64,000 nucleotides of DNA. It comes from a virus. The notes beneath the pieces were generated by a model, which made no database searches, had not been told where the DNA came from, and saw only the letters and a list, made by a program, of their open reading frames with translations. Made by a program: the position numbers and the translations under genes. The DNA is taken from the IMG/VR virus record IMGVR_UViG_3300045995_000378; one strand, 5' to 3'. Positions 56,410 to 64,000 of the stretch are shown in pieces; position 1 is the first letter of the stretch; the number at the start of each line of letters is the position of its first letter.

Positions 56410-57530
56410 TAGGCACCACCCTTCCCACGAGCAATTGTCAACCCTTTTGCTTTAGGGGGAGTGTCTAATTTCTTTCTAATCACGCCAATTCCGCCCCAAC
56501 TGATATCCCGTGGATCAATGAACTCCCAGTGTTCGTATTGAGATTTGAGTTCAGCCCATAACTGGTCTACTTTGCAAGTTGGATGAGCAGGATGAAAACA
56601 AATGTCATGGAAGGCAATCAGACCACCATTACGAACTAAAGGTGAATACATGTCGAAATCAGCCTTTACGCCTTCATAAGTGTGATCACCGTCTATAAAG
56701 AGGAGGTCTATTTTATCCCCATTCAAATCCTGTTTAACACGATTCAAAGTAGATAGCTTGTGGGAATCAAATCTTAAAAAATAAAGCTTCTGTTTCCCTT
56801 TTGCAAATGATCGGAACCTTTTTTGATCCTCAATCATATACCCCCCACCAAACTCACCACCAGGAAGGTCAATGCTAAGTAATTTAGCGGCGGCAGAAGC
56901 TAACTGGCAAAGAACATAAAACACCCCACCACGAGCCGTTCCTATTTCAACAACTGTTTTTAATTCAAGCCCTCGGATGAACTCAATGAAGGCGGATAAC
57001 TCTACAGGTTTCTGCAATGCACCGATCAGCATTGCCTTTTGTGCCAAGTCGATATTAACAATTACTGTGATGTCTCGTTTCCGTAATATCGCCTCTATGT
57101 TCCCACCCCACTGCCATGAAGCATATTCAATCTTCCATGGTTTAGGTTCATACTGCTTATACATGGGGTAGGTAGGATCAAGGTGCTGAAAGGTCGCCTC
57201 GTTGATGTAGGTGATATGGGTGGGATCGCTAAAAAACCCCTGGCTATTGGCAAAAGGAGCGGATACTACTAACTGACCACCGGGAGTAAGTAGTCTCCAC
57301 ATCTCATTAAACCAGTCAAAGGTTAGCCACGGCTTGATATGCTCGATAACATGGGCGGCCTTGATCGTCAAACAAGAATCGTCGGCAAAGGGATATGGGA
57401 AGGATTCGAGGTCATGAACTATGTCCACTCCCTCGCGATGACGATAATCAATCCCAGTGAAGTTTGATTCCTTCCTGTCTCGTGCGCCAACGTCAAGCAG
57501 GATTCCGGACTTTAATTTCTTAACCGCCAT
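56409..57530 (-). CDS. two-domain SAM-dependent methyltransferase (Methyltransf_11-like plus Methyltransf_24/CmcI-like)
   Basis: N-terminal ILLDVGARDR...IEHI; C-terminal VVEIGTARGG and LLFIDGDHTYEGV. Confidence 0.5.
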   Translation of the reverse strand: MAVKKLKSGILLDVGARDRKESNFTGIDYRHREGVDIVHDLESFPYPFADDSCLTIKAAHVIEHIKPWLTFDWFNEMWRLLTPGGQLVVSAPFANSQGFFSDPTHITYINEATFQHLDPTYPMYKQYEPKPWKIEYASWQWGGNIEAILRKRDITVIVNIDLAQKAMLIGALQKPVELSAFIEFIRGLELKTVVEIGTARGGVFYVLCQLASAAAKLLSIDLPGGEFGGGYMIEDQKRFRSFAKGKQKLYFLRFDSHKLSTLNRVKQDLNGDKIDLLFIDGDHTYEGVKADFDMYSPLVRNGGLIAFHDICFHPAHPTCKVDQLWAELKSQYEHWEFIDPRDISWGGIGVIRKKLDTPPKAKGLTIARGKGGA

Positions 57531-57754
57531 TAGTTCGACCGCCCTTCTACCAATGCTGGCCGCTGTCCAGAGTAAAGGGGATCTGGTTGAGCATCCTTAA
57601 CCATAGCACCCATCTCTTTGACAAACTCAACCATCGTTTCAATTTTACAATGAACAGACAGGTCGATATTATCATTCTTGTGGATACCAATGATTATCTC
57701 CGCATCCTCACCTTCGGCCTGTCTAATCTTGTCTAACCATTGCTCTGATGTCAT
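57530..57754 (-). CDS. hypothetical protein (74 aa)
   Basis: ORF, ATGA-type coupling. Confidence 0.4.
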   Translation of the reverse strand: MTSEQWLDKIRQAEGEDAEIIIGIHKNDNIDLSVHCKIETMVEFVKEMGAMVKDAQPDPLYSGQRPALVEGRSN

Positions 57755-57767
57755 AAACTCCCTTTCT

Positions 57768-58367
57768 TTAATGGTTTAATTGGCTAACTTCTAATTCAAG
57801 TTTTTGTATCCGCGCTTCAAATGAATGTACAGATTCTTTTAAAACTCTATTTTCTTCTTCTAATCTCATAACATTCTTGCCCTTAGCAAAGTGGTTGTGG
57901 ACATGTAAGGAACGAGAAATCACTTCAAGGTTCTCTATACGATTGTCTTTTGGATCACCATTGATGTGATGAACAATTTCTTTTGGTTCCAAATATCGTC
58001 CTAATTTTTCTTCCATCACAAGACGATGTTCCATAACATAACCATGATTGCTTGCATAGGGATGATTAGGACGTTGAAGCATAGTATAATTTCCTCCGCC
58101 TCCTCCCTTACATTGTCCCCCTTGCCAATGGCTTGCTAATTCGCCAACCCACTCTTTTCTTGGTCTAATACGAATCCCATTCTTTCGCAAAATTGCCGGA
58201 ATAGAATTCCTATTTATTCTCAATTCATGTGCAACCGCTGTCATTGACATTGTTTCATACAATTTTGCTACCTGTTTGCCATCTATCACTTTTTTAACTG
58301 TTGTTACCATATATAGACCTCCTAAATTATTTTCAGAAAGTCTATCTCTATAATGCAACAAAGTCAA
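57768..58367 (-). CDS. HNH homing endonuclease with N-terminal HTH
   Basis: HGYVMEHRLVMEEKLGRYL...VHHINGDPKDNRIENLEV. Confidence 0.7.
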   Translation of the reverse strand: MTLLHYRDRLSENNLGGLYMVTTVKKVIDGKQVAKLYETMSMTAVAHELRINRNSIPAILRKNGIRIRPRKEWVGELASHWQGGQCKGGGGGNYTMLQRPNHPYASNHGYVMEHRLVMEEKLGRYLEPKEIVHHINGDPKDNRIENLEVISRSLHVHNHFAKGKNVMRLEEENRVLKESVHSFEARIQKLELEVSQLNH

Positions 58368-58393
58368 GTAGTATTTATAACTACTTGAAATTA

Positions 58394-58906
58394 TTAAGAA
58401 GTTGACGCTAAAAAAATTACGTCATACGTCAGGTTGACCGCTTGGTTACTCGCAATTGAACTTGACGCATAAGTCCCGCCGCAGAATATATGGTCAGTCG
58501 CAACACCGTACAATCCAACATTGGAAATGAGTGCAGTGGATGTTCCAGACACCCAAGTCGCCAAATATCGAGCTGTATCCCCATCGGTTGACGCTGCACG
58601 AGTAATGTAGGTTTTAGATACCGTCTTATGCAATGTAGTGGCAAGCGAGCCGGGGAGGATCGTAGCATTAGATGCGACTAATGAGGCTGACCCCAATGCC
58701 GCCAAATTGATTACCTGCGACCCTGCTGAAGATGCGAATACATAGGTCATATATTCAGTTATGCCCATCGAGGTAATCAGGTTATGCTTGTACCCACTAT
58801 CTCCCACAACTTCCCCATCTTCTACAATGTTTATCCTGAACATTCCATGCATTCCGACACTCACTGTGGGATGGGCACTTTCTACTTTTTTAGTTCTTGG
58901 CATCAT
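58394..58906 (-). CDS. hypothetical structural protein (170 aa)
   Basis: Ser/Thr/Ala-rich beta composition. Confidence 0.35.
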   Translation of the reverse strand: MMPRTKKVESAHPTVSVGMHGMFRINIVEDGEVVGDSGYKHNLITSMGITEYMTYVFASSAGSQVINLAALGSASLVASNATILPGSLATTLHKTVSKTYITRAASTDGDTARYLATWVSGTSTALISNVGLYGVATDHIFCGGTYASSSIASNQAVNLTYDVIFLASTS

Positions 58907-59236
58907 ACACCTCCGTTAATTACTTCTTGTTGGTTATAGTTGAAGTTTCCATTACTTACGTTCCTTACGTGTCGGCGCGTCATGCCGCCTTTGGCGTCCG
59001 CCGCCACTACAGTCTCTTTTCACCTTACATCTACACTATTCTTATAGATTTTTCATCTATTTATTTTAAGAACCCGCCATTTGCACATCATCTTTATTTG
59101 CCTCCTGGCGCGGCATTAAATGTTCCGAGAGAGGTGGGCGGGTATCCGTAAATTTAATCTTACTTTTTCTTCTTACCTTTAGCCTTCTGCTTCTTTAATT
59201 TCTTATCATTTGCGATTTGGTTGACCCTACCTGTTT

Positions 59237-59866
59237 TCATTTCTTATCCCCCGCCTTCTCGATCACGCCCGCCTTGGTATCCCTGAGGTCACTGGTGACC
59301 TTCTGGCTTGCCTCAACCATTTCCGGCTTACCTTCTACCCCTGCCGGTACATCTTTGATTGCATCCGTAGCCTGTTCGCTCTGGACGATTGCCGCATCCA
59401 GCTTCTCAACGGTAACGTACCTATCCCCATCAAATCCGTATAGTTCCTTGCAGGTTGCCTTAACAGACCGCTTATGGAAGAACCCAGGCCAGACATAAAC
59501 CACAGACCACTTTGCCCATCGGCGGGTGAAGTCCTTTGCATGAGCGTAATAACTCCTCCCGGCGTCGATATCGTCGCAGTAAGCATTGATTTCTAGGTAC
59601 ACATTGGCGGCGAGGGATTGAGTGAGACAGACAGGATCAGAATCATAGCAGGAAAGATAATCATGAACCGCCCCACCCCTGACATTCCTTCCCCTGACTA
59701 TCGGAACTGATTCGCCATCCATCACAAAGCCTGCGGGGATAGTTACCCTTGCTTTCAATCCAGCTTTCGCCAGCTCGTCACTCTCGAAGCGGAACGGCGC
59801 CGTCATTTGAACAAATCTGTCATTGTCCAGGTGACGGGTTTCAAATTCTGAAAGGATTCGAGTCAT
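59237..59866 (-). CDS. hypothetical protein (209 aa)
   Basis: ORF. Confidence 0.4.
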   Translation of the reverse strand: MTRILSEFETRHLDNDRFVQMTAPFRFESDELAKAGLKARVTIPAGFVMDGESVPIVRGRNVRGGAVHDYLSCYDSDPVCLTQSLAANVYLEINAYCDDIDAGRSYYAHAKDFTRRWAKWSVVYVWPGFFHKRSVKATCKELYGFDGDRYVTVEKLDAAIVQSEQATDAIKDVPAGVEGKPEMVEASQKVTSDLRDTKAGVIEKAGDKK

Positions 59867-59879
59867 TTCGTGGCTCCTG

Positions 59880-60053
59880 CCCTTAATATTTAGAGGGAAT
59901 CAATCCTCTTTCGAGAAGGTAAAGATTCCAATTTGCCTTGCGTAACTGCATATTCAATGCTTGGATTTCGTGTCTACCTGCATTAACATCAACAAAGTCA
60001 TCATCTTTAGACAAGACTGTGTTTTTCCTTGTTCGCGCCCTTCGTGTCATTTC
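59880..60053 (-). CDS. small basic protein (~57 aa), not in the ORF track; approximate
   Basis: GGGGCGGGG SD then ATG. Confidence 0.25.
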
Positions 60054-60268
60054 CCCGCCCCTGCCGCCGTGAGTATGTTGGATAACGTCACCGCATCGAT
60101 CCCCTGCCCCTTGCTCGTAACTTTCGCATCACCTACGGACGCGGTAAGCTCCGTAGAGGTCGTCAGGAATCGGGTGTAGGATACCGTCACAGTGCCGTCT
60201 GGCTTCTTTTCAAAGGTGGCCGTGGCGCATCCGGTAAGCAGCAGAACTATTAAAAGTAATCGCTTCAT
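60047..60268 (-). CDS. lipoprotein (lipobox LLTGC), possible o-spanin-like component
   Basis: MKRLLLIVLLLTGCATA. Confidence 0.5.
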   Translation of the reverse strand: MKRLLLIVLLLTGCATATFEKKPDGTVTVSYTRFLTTSTELTASVGDAKVTSKGQGIDAVTLSNILTAAGAGK

Positions 60269-60276
60269 ATTCCCCC

Positions 60277-60468
60277 CTATATCGCTCCAACAAGCAAAAG
60301 CACCACAAGGATAACCAAAATCAGGCCAAAGCCGCCAAAAGGAGCGTATCCCCAGTTATGAGAATAACTGTATCCAGGATAAGAACCAAAGAGCATGACC
60401 AACAGAACGACAACGAGGATCAAACCGATTGCGCTAATTCCCTTATTATTTGATAGCCACTTCTTCAT
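60277..60468 (-). CDS. small two-transmembrane-helix membrane protein (holin/antiholin-like)
   Basis: two hydrophobic helices; adjacent to the lysozyme. Confidence 0.45.
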   Translation of the reverse strand: MKKWLSNNKGISAIGLILVVVLLVMLFGSYPGYSYSHNWGYAPFGGFGLILVILVVLLLVGAI

Positions 60469-60479
60469 AGCACACCTCC

Positions 60480-60923
60480 TTATCCTACCCTCACCATCCC
60501 CACAATTTCGGAACCACGTTCACCAACTTGTCGAAACCAGAGAGAGTCAGCCATCTTGTCAGCCGCCTTCTGCCAGTTCCCCTCTTTAATGGCCGACAGC
60601 ATCTTCTTAAACTTCCTGGCACCACCTGCCCCAATGTTCAGGACAAAATCCACGAGAGCAAACCGCCGCGCCTCTGGGTACCCGTCGAAACCGGGGTACA
60701 GGTCGCGGCACTGCCACGTTGCAGACTCAATAGACCGATCAAGCAGTTCCTCTGCCATCTCCTCGGTTATCCGCCCATAAAGGTGCATGAATGAGAGGAT
60801 TTCGGGCGGCAGGGTATTGTCATCGAAGTTGTACCCGTATCCCACTGTCTGTTTCCCCGCAGGGCAAAGGTACGGTTTCAGCCGTTTTCCCTCGTGACGG
60901 CGGATCATTTCTTTAAGATCCAT
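60480..60923 (-). CDS. endolysin, GH24 phage lysozyme
   Basis: RHEGKRLKPYLCPAGKQTVGYGYN matches the T4-lysozyme-family catalytic region. Confidence 0.7.
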   Translation of the reverse strand: MDLKEMIRRHEGKRLKPYLCPAGKQTVGYGYNFDDNTLPPEILSFMHLYGRITEEMAEELLDRSIESATWQCRDLYPGFDGYPEARRFALVDFVLNIGAGGARKFKKMLSAIKEGNWQKAADKMADSLWFRQVGERGSEIVGMVRVG

Positions 60924-60980
60924 TTACTTCACCTCGTCCCCGACCTTTTTTCCCATATGGTAAAAAGGGTAATCATTACT

Positions 60981-61550
60981 TCACCTCTTGCCATCCTCTG
61001 TTCTCATTGTAGGAGCCTTCTCCCATAAATTTATTAGTGGATTGAATATATAAGCAGGAGTCTTTGGATCACCTGTATGAAATAAAGTTCTTCCATCAGC
61101 CAACGCATGTGTATGATAACCACTCAACAAAGATTGAATATCTGTGGTTTTCTGCATAATTCCCCGTTGCTGTCCAGCAGTCTCCTGGGAATATCTCTCT
61201 TTTAAATATAATCCTACTCCACCATTAACAAATGAATTGGCAATAATGAAGATGACAATGTACCCTATTATCTTGGTTACACTTCCTGTTACTATCCGTG
61301 TAAACCAATTCTCGGCATCGTTCTTAGCTTGCCGAGAAACACGTTCCGTATTTTCTTTCTCATCTTTCACGCCCGTTGCGGCAATAAAATCAGCAAGTGC
61401 TTTTTCAACAGAGTACAATTCCCCCGATACCTTGCTAAGTTCTGTAGATAATCCATTATCCACCTTCTTCCGGATATGGCTAACATCTGAAGCCATCATT
61501 CCTAACACGCCTTCATGTTTTATGACGAGTTCACAGGGTATCTCGCTCAT
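60981..61550 (-). CDS. membrane protein upstream of the lysozyme (holin candidate)
   Basis: central transmembrane segment IIGYIVIFIIANSFV. Confidence 0.35.
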   Translation of the reverse strand: MSEIPCELVIKHEGVLGMMASDVSHIRKKVDNGLSTELSKVSGELYSVEKALADFIAATGVKDEKENTERVSRQAKNDAENWFTRIVTGSVTKIIGYIVIFIIANSFVNGGVGLYLKERYSQETAGQQRGIMQKTTDIQSLLSGYHTHALADGRTLFHTGDPKTPAYIFNPLINLWEKAPTMRTEDGKR

Positions 61551-61644
61551 CTGGCAATCCTCCTCAATTTAATTGGCCTAACTCAAATCATTGTATCGTC
61601 CCACCTGAGTTCATGGTGCCGGTTATCACCCTAATCAGTTTAAT

Positions 61645-62454
61645 TTAATAAACAATCTCAAGTTCAGATGCGACAACGGTAGAGACAGTTCCCACCGCTA
61701 AATTCGCAGCACATCCAATCCTGACCACACCATCGGGGATAGAAAGACCACTTGGCATGTATTCACGAACAGGTGCTTCAGATAAGGTGGTAATCCCTCT
61801 CCATGAAGTAAGTGGAATACCAACATAAACACGTCTGGCAAGTCCTGCTGTAGTCCCTGCTGCACTTGAGGAATAACGTAAATTGTATTTTGTCTGGCTG
61901 ACTCCTGTGCCTGTCCCGCCTACCGCCCAGTCAATTGGAGGATTGAACATGATGATTAATTCACCCAATGCCCACTGAACACCAGCAGCACGGGGGATAT
62001 CAACAAGCATTTGAGCAGCGGAAATAGCTATCCACGCTCCATTCCAATATTCGATGATTCCTTCTAATGCCGCACCAATGGTAGCCGTGGTGATGTCGTA
62101 GGAAACTAATCCGAAGGGATATGTACACCCGATTATATGACCATCGTTTATTGTTGTAGTATTGATTGGGAAGTCGTTTGTGCCTGCATCCTGAGCATCT
62201 GTAGTATCGTCGGTTAATGTTGTTCCTACCGCTACCCATTGACCTGCTGTCCATGCGGAATCGGGGAATAAACCAGCAACACACATAGACACGGTTCCGG
62301 CTGAAATGTTTTGCAAATAGACTCTCATAATTACTGAGGTTGACACCGCCACGCCCGCCGATGCCGGAATAGTATTTGCAGCAGTCGCCGGTTGACCAAG
62401 CCAATGATAATTATTTGATACCCGGTATCGTGATGGATTAATATTGCTTATCAT
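61645..62454 (-). CDS. hypothetical structural protein (269 aa)
   Basis: Ala/Gly/Thr-rich. Confidence 0.35.
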   Translation of the reverse strand: MISNINPSRYRVSNNYHWLGQPATAANTIPASAGVAVSTSVIMRVYLQNISAGTVSMCVAGLFPDSAWTAGQWVAVGTTLTDDTTDAQDAGTNDFPINTTTINDGHIIGCTYPFGLVSYDITTATIGAALEGIIEYWNGAWIAISAAQMLVDIPRAAGVQWALGELIIMFNPPIDWAVGGTGTGVSQTKYNLRYSSSAAGTTAGLARRVYVGIPLTSWRGITTLSEAPVREYMPSGLSIPDGVVRIGCAANLAVGTVSTVVASELEIVY

Positions 62455-62530
62455 AATTCAGTCCTCTAAGAAAAGGCGGGGCCGCGAAGGGGAGGGAAAA
62501 CGGACACCCGCCTGGAAGGGGTTAGGTTAA

Positions 62531-63034
62531 TTAAATCAGCGACTCCACGTAGGCTCCGTCTGACAATGGCACCCACAAGCATGTTACTTTTGAAGTTCCG
62601 CTTGTCTGAGCAGCCGCAGCACCGGTGATGTATAATACGCCTAGCCCATTGGCAGTACCAATATCAACTGGATTAGTTAAGAGGGATATGCCAGGGGAAG
62701 CAGCTTCCAGTGCACCAGTAGCCAATGCATCGCCAAGAACTGCCACTCGCTTTCCTACAGCTAGTGAAGTCAAGGCACCTGAAGCAGCACAAATGTCAAC
62801 TGCGCCAGTAGCCGGAACACTGGGGTCGTAGCCAAATTTAATAGTAGTCGCATCCGCAGACCATACGGTGATGGCTTCAATGCCGAGGTACAAAAGCCGA
62901 ATCAGGCCCGACACAGTAAATAGTGATTTCTGGGAGATCACAACATAGGTAGCATTGGCGAATACGGCGGTTTCCGTTTTAAGACCACGGATGATATCTC
63001 CTGCAACTTGCATGGTGGATGGTGAGTAATTCAT
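62531..63034 (-). CDS. hypothetical structural protein (167 aa)
   Basis: ORF. Confidence 0.35.
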   Translation of the reverse strand: MNYSPSTMQVAGDIIRGLKTETAVFANATYVVISQKSLFTVSGLIRLLYLGIEAITVWSADATTIKFGYDPSVPATGAVDICAASGALTSLAVGKRVAVLGDALATGALEAASPGISLLTNPVDIGTANGLGVLYITGAAAAQTSGTSKVTCLWVPLSDGAYVESLI

Positions 63035-63261
63035 GGTTTATTTCTCCTTCATCCCCTTTTTAGGGGCTTCGGCATGGACTTCCTCAACTGCCGGTTCAGG
63101 GGTTTCAATTTTTACTTTAGCCGTGGGTTTAATTGTCTCCATAGCCGCTGCGATTTCCTCTTTTACAATCTGCCGAACTTGTTCTATCTCTTCTTTAAGC
63201 ATTTTGAACTCCTTTCGTAATCGGGGAGCCGGTCACAAGCACTCCCCTATGATATTAAAGG

Positions 63262-63759
63262 TTAGATAACCGCCATCGAGGTCAGGTTAGCATCCTGGAA
63301 CCGGCCACCGGACAACAGTACGCTCACACAACCAACAGAAGCAGCACCGGGATCAGCAACACAAACCCGGAATCCGATATGATTGGCAAGCAACATAGCC
63401 GCTTTGATTTCGATTATGTAGCAAGCAGGGGTTGTGGTTGCAACCGGAATCAATCCCGCAGAAGCCGAGGTCGTCCAGGTACGCGCGCCATGCACATCGC
63501 CATTCGCCAAGATAGAGCTGGTTTCATAGCGATAATACGGGAACATGATCGCCGTTGCAGTGGTAGGAACCACATCGTCACACGACTCAATGGTAACAAC
63601 CGCAGCAGCTTTCGGAACGCCCCAATTAATGATAACCATTGCCTGATCGAAACTCCTCATCAGGACAACCAGCGGGGCTTTGGCACCCTGCAAGGTGTCA
63701 ATGTCAATCGGGGTGTAAACATTGGGAATGAAATGAACATCTTCGAGTTTAACTTTCAT
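63262..63759 (-). CDS. hypothetical structural protein (165 aa)
   Basis: ORF. Confidence 0.35.
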   Translation of the reverse strand: MKVKLEDVHFIPNVYTPIDIDTLQGAKAPLVVLMRSFDQAMVIINWGVPKAAAVVTIESCDDVVPTTATAIMFPYYRYETSSILANGDVHGARTWTTSASAGLIPVATTTPACYIIEIKAAMLLANHIGFRVCVADPGAASVGCVSVLLSGGRFQDANLTSMAVI

Positions 63760-63829
63760 GATAATTCTCCTTTTTTGTTCTTGTTATGGGGAGGATCACC
63801 CCCCCCGGTTATGAGACTAAATAAACTAT

Positions 63830-64000
63830 TAACGGGCGGCCAAAACGACGAAATCGCTTTGAGTTGCCGCGCTTCCCTTATAGGGAGTTAACGGAGTAGC
63901 ACGCACCGGTTGTCCATCGACACGATACACAAACCGGAACGTAGATTCATCGAAAACGAAACGAACATGGATACTTACGTCTGCCTGGATGCCACCTTTC
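63830..64000 (-). CDS. 3' end of a gene continuing beyond the window (partial)
   Basis: open frame to the window edge, stop at 63830-63832. Confidence 0.3.

Noticed and set aside
1-64000. Search for terminase, portal, major capsid, integrase, CRISPR and toxin-antitoxin signatures
   Set aside because: No recognisable motifs found by eye (no Walker-A terminase large subunit, no tyrosine recombinase R..HxxR..Y pattern). The head genes probably lie beyond the right edge of the window.

Overview
The window is a large part of a tailed dsDNA phage genome with a siphovirus-like tail module. It uses the standard genetic code and strong Shine-Dalgarno sites. It holds two convergent transcription blocks that meet at about 7080-7140.

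Block 1 is a ~600 bp non-coding leader with repeats, followed by ~20 small plus-strand genes (600-7080). Every gene in this block is preceded by copies of a strand-specific motif CATACC in two extended forms, CATACCATCAAC and CATACCGG. The block also encodes one 746-aa protein with a C-terminal gamma-class N6-adenine methyltransferase domain.

Block 2 is about 56 kb of minus-strand genes (7139-64000). Going from high to low coordinates it contains putative structural proteins and a lysis cassette (GH24 lysozyme, membrane proteins, lipoprotein). Next come tail-fibre-like proteins, a 888-aa protein built of ~20-aa tandem repeats, and neck genes (head-tail adaptor). Two mosaic insertions then follow the pattern HNH endonuclease, SAM-methyltransferase(s), glycosyltransferase, one of them with a phage Dam. 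The tail module follows: major tail protein, chaperone-like genes, an HK97-gp10-like protein interrupted by an intein, an 1821-aa tape measure protein, and distal tail and fibre proteins.

Below that lies a replication and recombination region. It contains a degenerate Dcm-like protein, a Sak4-like ATPase, an MT-A70 methyltransferase, a gp2.5-like SSB candidate and an SPFH/band-7 protein. It also has a Cas4-like nuclease with an SbcC/RecF-like ATPase, a tRNA-Trp-like gene, an ERCC4-type nuclease and a run of small zinc-ribbon proteins. A GIY-YIG protein, an N4/N6 methyltransferase with a heptanucleotide microsatellite in its leader, a DinG-like helicase and YopX follow. The last annotated gene of block 2, at 8049-8612, is a beta-clamp-like protein. 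A ribbon-helix-helix regulator sits at the convergence point.

The minus-strand genes share an extended sigma70-like promoter, GCTTGACAACAT-N-TAAATA. No terminase, portal, integrase or CRISPR array was recognised. Many real genes shorter than 60 aa are absent from the ORF track. All motif counts and coordinates are hand-derived and approximate.
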